64,000 bases of DNA from Octopus sinensis (lineage: Eukaryota), in the NCBI RefSeq assembly GCF_006345805.1, contig NC_043014.1:41912001-41976000 (forward strand), read 5' to 3'. This document shows, one piece after another, positions 40,980-54,846 of the stretch (positions are counted from its first letter, which is position 1; every line of letters begins with the position of its first letter). The translations under genes were made by a program, and so were the position numbers. Below the pieces are notes generated by a model. That model saw nothing but the letters and a program-made list of their open reading frames with translations, did no database searches and was not told the origin of the DNA.

Positions 40980-41364
40980 TCTATTATATAAAATCAGTCC
41001 TGTCTGTGTATGTCTTGTAGGATCTCGGGCATCCTCCATCCGATTGTGCTCAAATTTAATATGTAGATACCGGCGGTATCAGGGCGTGCATAAGTCTTGA
41101 AAAAATTACAAAAATCGATTCCAGGTAAGAATGCGATCGATAAAGCCGTGGGAACGTGCATTTGTACGCGCAAGTACATTAGCTGTTGCGATCGATACTA
41201 CGCGTAGGCGAGAAAAATGCATGTGCAGTTTGCACAAAAAAAAAATGCCGGCTGGCTTGAAATAATGCCACAAAATGGGACGGTCGGACAAGTTGTTTCG
41301 AGAAAATTTGGTTTAAATGTTTGACAACTCAGCACTCTATATTGGACGAGGGGCGTTTTGCTCG
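40980..41364 (+). mobile_element. Non-autonomous Helitron-like element, copy 2
   Basis: A|TCTATTATATAAAA..GCTCG|T; homologous to 17854-18218. Confidence 0.75.
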
Positions 41365-41609
41365 TAACATATAAAATTATAGAATTTTTATATGTTAAAT
41401 TCACCTTAAATTTTCAGGTGATTTCTTTTGCACTGTTATTATTATTTTTATACGCTCGCAAATATGTTGCTATATTTACATTATATCCCTTGTATATATA
41501 CACGATTTTCTTATAAAAGAATGAGTATTTGCTAGTGTCTAATATAACGCGTTTCATTATCTTACCTTTTCCCTGATAGTATGCCCCTCTTTCAATTTTT
41601 AAAATATTC

Positions 41610-41812
41610 CTTTCTACTATAGGCACAAGAGATGAACATTTGGGGAAGGGTACTAGTCGATCAGATCGATGCCAGTGTTCAACTGGTACTTAATTTATCA
41701 ACCCCAAGAGAATTAAAAGTAAAGTCAACTTCGGCGGAATTTGAACTCAGAACGTAAGAAATAGCATGAAGCATTTTGCCCAGCGTGCTACCGATTCTGT
41801 CAGCTCGTCTCC
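41610..41812 (-). mobile_element. SINE-A (tail 2), diverged
   Basis: Core and head motifs present. Confidence 0.82.
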
Positions 41813-42029
41813 TCTAATTTAAAAAAAATAATGCTTATAGCGTCTAGTAATAAAATCGGATAGCTGGATTTTATCCATCCGAGGTTTGCTATGATATTCA
41901 AGCATTTCCTCTAAATTCTTATTATATAAGAAAAAAAAAAACTTTTTCGTATTTACATGGTCAGCAAAGAGAAACTCGGAATAACGGTTTCAAACGACTT
42001 CAGTTTCAAATAAATCATGAGTATATATT

Positions 42030-42350
42030 ATTCTTTTTTACTCTATGCACAGGGCCCGAAATTTTGGAGGAGGAGGCCAGTCGATCAGATCAACCCCAGT
42101 ATGCAACTGTTGCTTAATTTATCGACCCGAAAGGATGAAAGACAAAGTGGAGCTGGGCGGAATTTGAACTCAGACCCTAAAAACAGACGAAATACCAGAC
42201 GAAATTTGAAGTTCGGCAAAGGTGACCTAAAAAATAAGCATGACGTATAGAAAAAATAAGTACTGGGGTCGATTCTTTCGACTACAATTCCTTTAAGGCA
42301 GTGGCCCAGCAAGGCTTCAGTCTAATGACTGAAACAAGTTGAAGATAAAA
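42030..42350. mobile_element. SINE-A (-) remnant joined to SINE-B 3' fragment (+)
   Basis: Homology to both families. Confidence 0.72.
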
Positions 42351-42797
42351 GATATATGTATGTATGTAAGTATGTATGTATGTATGTATGTATGTATGTA
42401 TGTATGTATGTATATGCATATATATATAAATACATTAATTAATCAATATAAGGGTAGCAAAAAATTCAATAGAAATTTTTTTCGCCACCAGCGGTCTAGT
42501 GAGAAAGAAAAAAATAGTCAAAAGACTATATAATATACATTCAACAATAATATTAAGGAATGGCCTTAATAGGTCATTCAACTCACTAAACTTGCAGCTA
42601 TACTCAGACCGCTAAATAGTAGTAATTCAGAAATCAAAGGAAAATTAAAAACATCTACCCTAATCATCTTTCGACGTACTTTTTGGTAAACCAGCCTAAT
42701 TAAATTAGATTTAATTTAATCAAGACTATCTACCACTATTGTTGAATATATATAAATACAGATATACATTTATTCACACACACATGTGTGTTCGTGC

Positions 42798-42830
<33 letters not shown>

Positions 42831-42984
42831 ATGTGTGTGCGTGTGTGTGTGCGCGCGCGTATGTAAATGGTGTAATTTTATGAAGAAATACAAAATCCTA
42901 CACATTGAAATGGCAATACTTTCCACAATTCAGACCGCTTAAAACACTTAGTTTAGAACTATATGGAAATGATTCTGAAGTATA

Positions 42985-43240
42985 AAGCACCACAGATACC
43001 GATTTCGGTATTGCTTCGATAATGGTCTACAAAATGTCGGTATGAGGAGATGCCGTCATTCACCCTCTTTTCCAGTCTAGCCTCTTTATTTGTGTCATGA
43101 GTGAACGTTGCGCGGGTAAATGACACCGTGTACCAATATTGAAGGATTGCCCCGGATTTTAATATTGTACCAGAGACAGGATTCGATCTTTCGACTCCTC
43201 GGTCGCTAATTTGACACGTTACCGATTCGGCCAAGCTGCA
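42985..43240 (-). mobile_element. SINE-E: decayed tRNA-like head with unique body
   Basis: GCAGCTTGGCCGAATCGGTAACGTG..AGATCGAATCCTG (A/B boxes) at 43168-43240; poor acceptor stem, so not a tRNA gene; 3' limit uncertain. Confidence 0.5.
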
Positions 43241-43458
43241 ATTCTGGTAAAAATGTTACTCAAGAAAGTCTCCCTAACCGCTCACCCTCTTCTATCGACA
43301 AGATTTACCCCCACCACATTCTAACACTAACCCACCCCCCAATTTTTTTAATCTAGAATCCTATCCAGATGTCTGATATAACAGATATGTATATTGAGCT
43401 GGTATTTATATTTCCCCTCTTCTCTACTGTTTAACGTACTATTATTGTTATTAGTATA

Positions 43459-43508
43459 TCATCATCGTTATCATCATCATCATCATCGTCATCGTCATCA
43501 TCATCATC

Positions 43509-43569
<61 letters not shown>

Positions 43570-43571
43570 CC

Positions 43572-43603
<32 letters not shown>

Positions 43604-43609
43604 CATCAA

Positions 43610-43656
<47 letters not shown>

Positions 43657-43960
43657 CCATCATCATAATCACCATCATCATCATCATCATCATTATCCTC
43701 ATCATCATCAACATTATCATCATCATCATCATCATCATTATCATCAGAATCATCCTTATCCTCATCAACATCACTACCACAACTAGCCAACCAACCAACC
43801 ACCACCACCACCACCACCACCACCACCACCACCACCACCACACCAACACCACCACCACCACCACCACAACCACAACCACACCCGCCACCACTGCCGCCGC
43901 GGCCACCATCATCACCGGCCCCGATAACAGCATCATCATTATCATCACCATCATCAATGC
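43459..43960. repeat. (CAT)n/(CAC)n compound tract
   Basis: Seen directly. Confidence 0.95.
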
Positions 43961-44537
43961 TATTGTGGTTGTTGTCGTTTTTATCATATATATATATATA
44001 TATATATATACGATATTTTATATTTATATAACACATCTACCCTGGCCTAGTTTGGTTATCATTTGAACACGTACATATTCTTCGGCATGTGTGTATTTGC
44101 GTTTGTGTGTGTATATATGTATGTGAGTGTGTGCGTGAGAGTGACAGAGAGAGAGAGAAAGTGTGTGTGTGTGTGTATGATTGTGTGTGTTTGTGAATGG
44201 GTGTTTATGAATAGACTTATATGTTTGTGTTTATGTTTGAATCTGTGTATGTCATACAAAAAAGCAAAAAAAGAAGTCAACAAGCTGGAGAGGGCACACC
44301 CACAACACCCGTATTCATATCATACATACGCAAACGTAATGAAAATCATTTATCTGCGACAAAATACTTTCATAATTTCTCGCCTCTTTCTCCCTAGACA
44401 CACATTTGCTCTCATACGTATATATACCTCTCTATTTCTATCTCGCTTTCTCTCTCCCTCAATATACACACATGCAACCTACCTATATATATACATATAT
44501 ATACAATCATACATATATATATATATATATTATATAT

Positions 44538-44569
<32 letters not shown>

Positions 44570-44840
44570 GCAATCATCATATGTATACTATCTTATAATA
44601 TAAATATATATAATATATATATATATATATTATTATATATATATATGTGTGTGTTTATATAAACGGTTATGTGCGTATGTGGATATGTATATATATACTT
44701 TAAAGATTTGGATACAACATAAATGGTTACATTAAAGAATAACCACCGGAAGCTCATTTGTATTTCCAACGACACTTAATTTAGTAAATGTAAACACGTA
44801 TTCTTCGTTTAATAGTAGATTAGTCTTCAAAAACTGTAAC

Positions 44841-44876
<36 letters not shown>

Positions 44877-44896
44877 GTATGTATACATATATATCC

Positions 44897-44933
<37 letters not shown>

Positions 44934-45008
44934 AGGGTGGTTGTGTGTGCGTGCATGTCTGTTTGCGTGTATATCAATTATACTCACCTACATGCAAAAA
45001 GTTTGACA

Positions 45009-45173
45009 TAGGTGCAGGAGTGGCTGTGTGGTAAGTAGCTTGCTTACCAACCACATGGTTTCAGGCTCAGTCCCCGTGCGTGACACCTGGGGCAAGTGTC
45101 TTCTACTTTAGCCTCGGGCCGACCAAAGCCTTGTGAGTGTATTTGGTAGACGGAAACTGAAAGAAGCCTGTCG

Positions 45174-45206
<33 letters not shown>

Positions 45207-45420
45207 TTGTATATTTGTGTTTGTCTCCCCGACAGCGCTCGACAACCGATGCTGGTATATTTACATCCCCGTAACTTAGCGGTTCGGCAAAAGAGATCCG
45301 ATAGAATAAGTACTAGGCTTACAAAGAATAAGTCCCGGGGCCGATTTGCTCGACTAATGGTGGTGCTCCAGCATGGCCGCAGTCAAATGGCTGAAACAAG
45401 TAAAAGAGTAAAAGAGAATA
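45009..45420 (+). mobile_element. SINE-B full length
   Basis: Complete head to tail. Confidence 0.92.
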
Positions 45421-46813
45421 TATATTTAATAGTTGCTGTATATTATATGTATTCACATTACAACTTGAACTTTCGCGAATACAGGGCTTATCAGGCTGCG
45501 TGCAGTATATTTTGTGCTAAAATATGGTATGATATATAGATTTTAAAATTTGACACTCGTCAATCATTATGGCTTGATATTTTAGACGCTCTCTTTTTCT
45601 GACGTTTTATGTGGCCTTACTCAGCAAATCGATCTCACACACGACCCGTTCGCTGCATCCACATGCTGTCTTCTGCACGAATAGATTTGATGGAATTCAG
45701 CTTCTCTCTTGACCCATTTTACTGTTGGAATTAATTAATCCACATCGCCACAGCCGCATCACAGGCATTGACTGGCAATCAGCTTTTGCTCAGAGCTATC
45801 CTTCTTCTAGCCCGGCTTCTCCCCAAAGTTGTCCAGCCTGACCTCCTGCCCACTTTCATCACTGGTGTAGTAGTGAACTCAGTATTGCATTCTCTTGGAG
45901 ACATACTAAAATTAAAGTGCTGCTTCACTCCCAGTGGTCGTACATTACACTGGACACTAATCCGAAATTTCTGAGTCTCGGGTTAAACAGTATATGATAG
46001 TTGTTTACCTTACGTTGCATCCATCTATATTTCTGGCCGGTATTGTTTCTGTTTTACATGCCTCTAGAGACCGTCCTTTTAGGCAAATCAAATGTTGGAA
46101 CCGTTTCAGTTACCTTGGATCTAATCGCTCCAAAAGCTGTACCTGATAATATTTTGTCGGGAGCACAGCTGAGTGACCTCATAAAACAGCTTGCAATATA
46201 GTCTGTATAAACGTACATTTAGAACATTACAATTGGTTTTAGTCCCGAGTTTAGTAACATTTGTATATGTATAATATTTTAAAACGAACAACCTATCTTA
46301 CAATATCAGCAGGTATATTAACACAATGCAAACCATTATGTGCAATCTAACCTTTTCCTATAGTTTGTACATATTATAGGAAATTAATTTTAAAATACTA
46401 AATGAAAATATTTAATGACTGAGACTTTGTTTTCATGCCCACATAATGGAAAATATCTTCTCAGAAATTATATCTCACTTATATTCAGCAATATTTACGA
46501 AACAAGTTATTTTCTTACTCTATTAAAATTTGGCGATTTTTTAACGCTTCTTACATAAGGAGAAATTTTAAGTGACCTTAAATACACCTGGGAAAGTATT
46601 ATGTTTTCATAGTTTTCGTCTTTCAACGCTATATGAAAGATAAACCATGAACATATGCTTTCCAGCCCTTTCGTCCTGTACCTTACTTTCTAACAGCTTT
46701 CTGGACCTTCCAACTCGACTACTTTCGCTATGGGGAAAAATTATTTTTGTTAAAATGCGCTACAACCCTCTAATTCTCTGAGAAGTGTATCAGAAAAGAA
46801 GTTTATCAGTTTC

Positions 46814-47220
46814 TTGTTTCTTTACTACCCACAAGGGGCTAAACACAGAGGGAACAAACAAGGACAGACAAACGGATTAGGCCGACTTCATCGACCCCAG
46901 TACGTAACTGGTACTTAATTTATCGACCCCGAAAGGATGAAAGGCAAAGTCGACCTCGGCGGAATTTGAACTCAGAACGTAGCGGCAGACGAAATACCTA
47001 TTTCTTTACTACCCACAAGGGGCTAAACACGGAGAGGACAAACAAGGACCGACAAACGGATTAAGTCGATTACATAGACCCCAGTGCGTAACTGGTACTT
47101 AATTTATCGACCCCGAAAGGATGAAAGGCAAAGTCGACCTAGGCGGAATTTGAACTCAGAACGTAGCGGCAGACGAAATACCGGTATACATTTCGCCCGG
47201 TGTGCTAACGATTCTGCCAA
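46814..47220 (-). mobile_element. SINE-A dimer (head + 2 units)
   Basis: Junction AAAGAAATAGGTATTTCG near 47000. Confidence 0.9.
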
Positions 47221-48356
47221 GTACACAACCGAACGAAATCGCCAGTATCTGAAATAGAGAATATCCTCTCTTGCATCGGATAGATAAATTCCTTTTAAAT
47301 TCTCTTGGTGTATTCGGAACAAGAAATGTTTTCAAGCAACAAGGCTGCTAACCATACACAAACTCATAACTTAGGGAAACAAAGCACATGTTCAGCAATT
47401 TGTACATGGAAAAGCAGTAAATGATCTTCTTTGTATCACCTGGAGAGATTCCGAAATCAATGCAAGTAGATATGTATGTTACTACGTCAATATCAAAACA
47501 GTTGCAAGCGAAAACGCTTTAGTAATGAAATAGCTACAGTAAACCAAGTGTACTCACTTACAGTATGTCAGAATAAAAGTATTAATAGATCTGCTTTGAT
47601 TGTTCCACCAACTGGTGTTTGTACATGCTTTTGAATGGAGAGCGCCTCGAGAGGGATTTTTTACTGAAAAATATACTCTTGAAGAAACTACTTAACATAA
47701 AAAATATAATAGCTTTGTGCACATGCAAGAACACGATAACAATTGGAAATGAAACCGATGTAGTTTTAAACATTTAAAGCGAAATTTCATATCTAAAGAT
47801 GTGGTTAATACATTGAAATACTGTAATTTTATTTTGATAAAGCAACCTCTTTTAACTGATTTCTAACATTCGTTTCGCAACAAACTTATTGCATATAATA
47901 TCTATATAAAAGGATTCCAAGTGTTACGATGACGTTTCAGGCCAATACTACTAAACCAGATGCTCTATGGGTGATATTCCAAACGTGATAGTGGCACAGA
48001 CGAAATATATACTTTTAAAATGAGTTGGGTATTTTATTTATATCATATTATTAAAAAAGAAGCTGATCTCCGGCGGTCTGTCCGTAACGACATTTATATA
48101 TAGAGAAAAGAATGGGAAGAATCATAAGGAAGAATCAGAAGAGGAAGAATCAAAAGTTGCTGAGAGAGAAATACAGTGTGAGAGAGAGAGAGAGAGAGGA
48201 GCGAGAGCGAGAGCGTGTGTGTGTATGTGTGTGTGTATCTAAAAGATAGATAGGTAGTGTTGTCGCCATAGTAACTAACAACTTTTGATTTAAAAAGGTG
48301 GGTATTTCGTGTGCAAATCTGTCAACACAAAGTAACACAAGCTTTAAAAAATACGA

Positions 48357-48396
<40 letters not shown>

Positions 48397-48594
48397 TAAT
48401 AGATATATATATATATATATATAATATATATATATATAATATATATATAAAATACAAAATTGGACAGAATGCAAAATTCAAATAGACGATACAAAAAAAT
48501 GGGCGGGTCATTCGAAGCCTCTAATCTTCAGTCAAGAACCGGATCATCCTCGGAATTTCGGCTGATTAATCTTGATATATATATATTATATATA

Positions 48595-48677
<83 letters not shown>

Positions 48678-48709
48678 TAAATATAAATATATATACATAT
48701 ATACATAAC

Positions 48710-48860
48710 ATGCCTTTTTCAGTTTCCGTGTACCAACACTGCTCGCTAGGCTTTGGTTGGCCCGGGGTGATTGCACAAGATACCTGGCCAAGATTCCACG
48801 CAGAGACCGATCCCAGAACCTTGTTGTTGGGAAAGAAACTTCTTACCACACAGCTGCCAC
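48710..48860 (-). mobile_element. SINE-B 5' half
   Basis: Homology. Confidence 0.78.
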
Positions 48861-49409
48861 ACGCACATACACATACGTACATACATGTATACACACACAG
48901 ATATAAAGCACACATGCATAGTCACAAATACACATACACAAATACGCACATACACACACGTATCTGTCTCCTCAGTAGCATATCAACCCCCCATGCTCCT
49001 GAACATGATATAATTTAAAGTGATCCAATAAATTCGATGACAAAAATATTTCATTAAATTTATTTCATCGACTGAATGGAGTGTGCCAGATATCCACAGC
49101 CATCCGTAGCTGTTATGTATTGGTGAGTATTAATACAATAAACTGAACGCACGAAACACCAATGTACTCAAGCCACGACCCAACTGACTTTGCCAAAAAC
49201 AGCACACGTCTGTATGCGTCAGTCAGAATTGATACTGCTTAACGTCGTTAATCTGGGTGCTGCCGTTGTTTTCAATAGCAATTGGCCATCATATAGCACT
49301 TTATTTGCTTAACCCGGGAAGTCTATAATCCGTTTATATCGAAACAAGGATTAAATAGGCGAAAGAAAACAAGACCGATACAGAACGATACAGCGTGTCC
49401 ACCAATGTC

Positions 49410-49945
49410 GCCCACCACCGTCACCCACCACCATCACCATCACCATCAACAACAACGCCGTCACCACCACCACCACCACTATCGCCGCCTCCATCACCAT
49501 CGTCACCGCAACCTCTTCTATTAACACTATCTGCAGAACCACCATCATCACCACCTCCACAACCACCACCACTAGCACCACCAGCACCACTACCAGCACC
49601 AGCACCACTACCACCAGCACTACCACCAGCACCACCAACACCACCACCACCACCAACACCACCACCACCACCACCACCACCACCACACACCACCACCACC
49701 ACCACCACCACCCCACCACCATCACCACCACTACTACTACCACCATCACCATCACCACCACCACCAAAACCACCACTACCACCACAACCACCACTACCAC
49801 TACCACCACCAAAACCACCACCATCACCACCACTATTATTACCACCACCACCACCACCACAACTACCACCACCACCACCACCACCACCACACCACCACCA
49901 CCACTACCATCACTATCACCACCACTACCACCATCATCATCACAG
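49410..49945. repeat. (CAC)n-rich tract
   Basis: Seen directly; source of poly-Pro/Val ORFs. Confidence 0.95.
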
Positions 49946-50653
49946 ACGGTTAATTTTTTATTTATTTCTCCTTTGTGTTTACACCCCCCCCGCAACCGCC
50001 ACCCTAAATTTGCTCCACGTCTGCAGAATGGTTAATATCCTAAATAATGTAAGCACTATGATTGCCAGCACTAAATAAAAACTGTTACGACCGTACTTCA
50101 CGGGTCAATGAGAGATTTAGGCACCCAATGCGAAAAACCAGCAATGACACGAACAATCAGCATTATTATTTCGAAATATTGTCACGTGTTCTAAGCACGT
50201 AGATCACGTGCAAATCGGAGCATGCTCCTTTTATTCCTCATCGATTTACGCGCGTGCAAAACGACTGAACAAATATTGGCTGTTATATCGTTTCTATTTT
50301 GTTTCTAATAAAATAGATGTTGTCGCCATTTGCAAAATGTCGCCATTTGTAAAATGGCGAGATGGCTCATTAAGAGGAGCAGGCAGTAAAACATTTACTC
50401 TTGTTATCACCTACATAATGCCACGCAAACACAGACACACGTACACATAAAAGGCACATAGAATTCATAAACACATATACATAATTATAGACACGCGATA
50501 CAGTCACACACGCTGTGTATGGGAAGACTTCGTAGAGTCACTTAAACACTTCCTTTCATGACTTTAATCTCATTCACTTGCTCAGAGCTTATTGGCGTAT
50601 TATTGTTAAAATGACTGACGAAATCATTGTATTCATAGAAGGCGATGCGTCGG

Positions 50654-50925
50654 ACGAGCTGGCAGAAACGTTAGCACACCGGGCGAAATGCGTAGCCGTA
50701 TTTCGTCTGCCGCTACGTTCTGAGTTCAAATTCCGCCGAGGTCGACTTTGCCTTTCATCCTTTCGGGGTCGATAAATTAAGTACAAGTTACGCACTGGGG
50801 TCGATATAATCGACTTAATCCATTTGTGTGTCCATGTTTGTCCTCTCTGTGTTTAGCCCCTTGTGGGTAGTAAAGAAATAGGTATTTCGCCTGCCGCTAC
50901 GTTCTGAGTTCGAATTCCGCCGAGG
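50654..50925 (+). mobile_element. SINE-A plus start of a second unit
   Basis: Junction TAAAGAAATAGGTATTTCG at ~50880. Confidence 0.9.
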
Positions 50926-50962
50926 CTGTTTGTATAATATATATATATATATATATATACAT

Positions 50963-51032
<70 letters not shown>

Positions 51033-51097
51033 ATATACGTATGTATATAAATATATATATATATATATAATATATATAATATATATATATATATATA

Positions 51098-51186
51098 CTA
51101 GCAGAGATACTTGGCGTTGCCCGTTACAGTCAATTGAAGAATTAGACTTTTCTGTTATATATATACATGGATACACACACACACAC

Positions 51187-51219
<33 letters not shown>

Positions 51220-51803
51220 CACACACACCACATATATATATATATTATATATGTGTGTGTATATTATATAAAATACATGAAAGTACATGAAGTTTATTAA
51301 AAAAAGAGGATCATGTATATACCTCCTGGCTGTTGGGATTATAACACCGCGTTGTAAACAATGTTCCTTGTTTTTCCTTGTGGAGCATATACAAAAAGGT
51401 TTCTTTTAGTTCCTACTCTTGAGCAGCCAATATACAGTTGCCCATGCGAGAAGCAGGGCTCTTCCAAGAGAAGACCAGCTACAGAGAGGGTTTGACCCTG
51501 AGATTTGTTAATGGACATGGCAAAGCTGACACAAAGGGGGAATTGCAGTCTTCTGAATGTAAATGGAATTTCTGCTCCTGATGGAGGAAGAGGAATTCTT
51601 GAAATAAAGACGTCATCAGCTTTTCCACATCCAGAAAGAATGATCGCCTCGATAACGTGTGACAATATTTTCTTTATCACCAGTCGTGTTGCATTGCAAA
51701 GTCTTGGTGGTTCCAGATTGCGGAGTAGCATTACAGGAGTTCCAACTTTAAGTGCTAATATGTGTAGAGGTAGTCCAGGAGGCTCCAGTGAATTGAGAAA
51801 TTC
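51098..51803 (-). mobile_element. Helitron 3' remnant: Pif1 helicase C-terminal exon (51339-51803) and 3' terminus
   Basis: [61 protein letters not shown]; hairpin GGGCAACGCC then CTAG|T at 51098. Confidence 0.93.
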
Positions 51804-52025
51804 CACCACCACCGTCACCACCACCTCCACCAACGACAACAACAACAGCGACAACAACAATAGCAACGATATCGTCGTTTTGCCGTCTACCATAACTACC
51901 AACAACAACACCACTACTACAACCTCAACCACCACAAATGACACCAACACTACCTCCAACACTACCACCAAAAACAAATCCAATTTTGCACAAGCGTTAA
52001 AACCACAAAAAAGACATTACTAAAC

Positions 52026-53495
52026 TTCAAAAGTTTGTGTTTGGATAATATTTTTTATGTATTAGTTGTGCAACAACTAAAACATTCGGTTGTGCAAATT
52101 CTTTGCACGGGAAACCTTCCCTGTGTGGCGTGTTTCCCGATTTTGTAGAATTTGCTTTCAGCTTTCTTAGCCATTTCTGTTTTGGCGACTTCAAAGCCAT
52201 GAAGTCGTCGTTCTAAAAGAACGCTGGTCTCCTTGACAACGCTTACGACGTTGATTTCCCTACCCTGCCTTCCCCACAGCTTCATGAATGAGGGGGGAAG
52301 GGGAGGAGCAATACAGGTGCAAGTGCGAGCATGGACGCCAACTCCGCCACGGAAACACGAAAAAATTGGAAGAACCCAGACGGCAGCTTCACAAAGGACA
52401 ACTCTGCCACAAACACCACCACCATCACCACGACGACGACGACCATCACCACCACCACCACCACCACCACCGCCGTCGCTGCCACTACCACCCCTGCCGT
52501 CGCTATTCCCACCACCACCACCACCATACTATACCTCTGCTCTCTCCTTTTGGCTACTAAATCTATTACCATATTTCACAAGCACCATCGCCATACAATA
52601 TTGACTACAAGTTTGCCTTTTTATTGCCTTCAAAAGTTTGTGTTCGGATAATATTTTTTATGTATTAGTTGTGCAACAACTAAAACATTCGGTTGTGCAA
52701 ATTCTTTGCACGGGAAACCTTCCCTGTGTGGCGTGTTTCCCGATTTTGTAGAATTTGCTTTCGGCTTTCTTAGCCATTTCTGTTTTGGCGACTTCAAAGC
52801 CACGAAGTCGTCGTTCTAAAAGAACGCTGGTCTCCTTGACAACGCTTACGACGTTGATTTCCCTACCCTGCCTTCCCCACAGCTTCATGAAGGAGGGAGG
52901 AAGGGGAGGAGCAACACAGGTGCAGGTGCGAGCATTGTCGCCAACTCCGCCACCGACACAAAGAAAAAATTGGAAGAACCCAGACGACAGCTTCACAGTC
53001 AAAGGACAACTCTGCCACAAACACCACCACCATCATCACGACGACGACGACGACCACCACCACCACCACCACCATCACCACTACCACCATGACCACCACC
53101 ACCACCACCACCATGACCACCACCATCACCACTACCGCCATGACCACCACCACCACCACCATGACCACCACCACTACCACCATGACCACCACCACCACTA
53201 CCACCATGACCACCACCACCACTACCACCATGACCACCACCACCACCACCACCATGACCACTACCACCATCACCACCACCATCACCACCACCACTACCAC
53301 CATCACCACCACCACCACTACCACCATCACCACCACCACATCACCACTACCACCATGACCACCACCACAACTACCACCATGACCACCACCACCACCACCA
53401 CCACCACCGCCGCCGCCGCCGCCGCCACCACCGCTGCCACTACCACCTCCGCCGTCGCTATTTCCACCGCTACCGCCGCCACCACCACCACCAGT
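52026..53495. repeat. ~600-bp tandem duplication (unique ~385 bp plus (ACC)n block), likely Helitron-internal
   Basis: Units begin CTTCAAAAGTTTGTGTT at 52026 and 52629. Confidence 0.85.
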
Positions 53496-53579
53496 TATTA
53501 ATTGTAGTGGTAGAGTGTTTATGCCGAATATGTACGTATGCATGTATATATATATATATATGTATGCCTGTATATATGT

Positions 53580-53716
53580 ACAAAATCCACTGAGAAGGTT
53601 TTTATTAGTCTGAGGCTACAGCAGAAGACACATGCCAAGTCACCACACAGTGGGACTGAACCCAGGACCATGTGTTTGGAACGTAGTTTGTTACTACACA
53701 GCCACACCTGCCCCTA
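53580..53716 (-). mobile_element. SINE-B 5' fragment
   Basis: Homology. Confidence 0.75.
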
Positions 53717-54439
53717 TGTATGTGTGTGTGTGTGCGTATGTGTGTATGGGTAGATATATTATGCATGTATAAATGTGTATATATATGTGTACATATTACA
53801 TGTACATCTATATATAGACATCTACACATAAAATACAAAATACAAAGTTATATCTTGATATCGCTAGTGATAACAATACTCAAAATATATAACAGACTGG
53901 AATTGTAGGCCCGTCTCATGCAATTTAGATCAATTGGATCTTGTCCTCCCTCTTGTATAGAAGTGTACTGCTGCAGCGAAATTCATTTTAGGACTTCCTT
54001 CTATCGAAGGCATTTTAACAAAGATGCCTCCGTAAAGACGATGAAAATATTGTCAATTTTCCCAAACAGGGACACAATTCAATTTTTAAACAATAACCAC
54101 ATCCCCTCCTCCGAAAGGGGGAGGGTTACGGTTTACAATTATTTAACAAATGCAACACAACAACGTTTCCCTGACGAGGAACCAACAAACGTAATTACAA
54201 TAGTCAAACTGTAATAATAATAACAACAAACCTTTTTAACGTATCCCCATTTATGTGAAACCACTTATTCAAGTTCATGTCGTTGATGCAATTTTATACG
54301 AATTGCTAATACACACACACACACACATAATAAGGGTGAAAAATTGAATATTAATTTGATTAATATGAATTGAAAACCAGTGGTGTAGCATATAAGACCA
54401 TAGCGGATGTTCTTCTAGCAAAAAGGATGACCACTATTA

Positions 54440-54713
54440 ATGGTTCATCCATTTTAATAGTTTCAGTATTAAAATGAAAGTGCCTGCATTACAATAGAGA
54501 GATGTTTTTGTTTCACTTTTAACACGTAATACAGAAATAGTGGATGAGATATGATATTGGTGTGGGGTCACCCTAGGGAAAAAGTTAACATTTTTTTGCC
54601 GATGACACTCCCCGGACCTTAAGTAAGGCATGTGTAAAATTTGAATGAAATTGGTTGTGTAGTTCTCAAGTTTTAGGGAAACACACAGACAGACAGACAG
54701 ACACATATTCTCA

Positions 54714-54725
<12 letters not shown>
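54440..54725 (-). mobile_element. Helitron-like 5' fragment
   Basis: TATATAAAACTGAGAA..TGTCTGTCTG..AACTACACAACCAATTTCATTCAAATTT, typical of non-autonomous Helitron 5' ends. Confidence 0.6.
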
Positions 54726-54781
<56 letters not shown>

Positions 54782-54785
54782 CATA

Positions 54786-54846
<61 letters not shown>

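Noticed and set aside
45590-46200. GC-richer unique stretch with short ORFs
   Set aside because: No recognisable domain or splice structure; probably old TE debris.
51339-51983. Host PIF1 gene
   Set aside because: Only the C-terminal part is present, the N-terminus is microsatellite, and a Helitron hairpin-CTAG end follows.
54168-54198. CTGACGA..AAACGT hammerhead-like
   Set aside because: No stem II and no GAAA; too degenerate.
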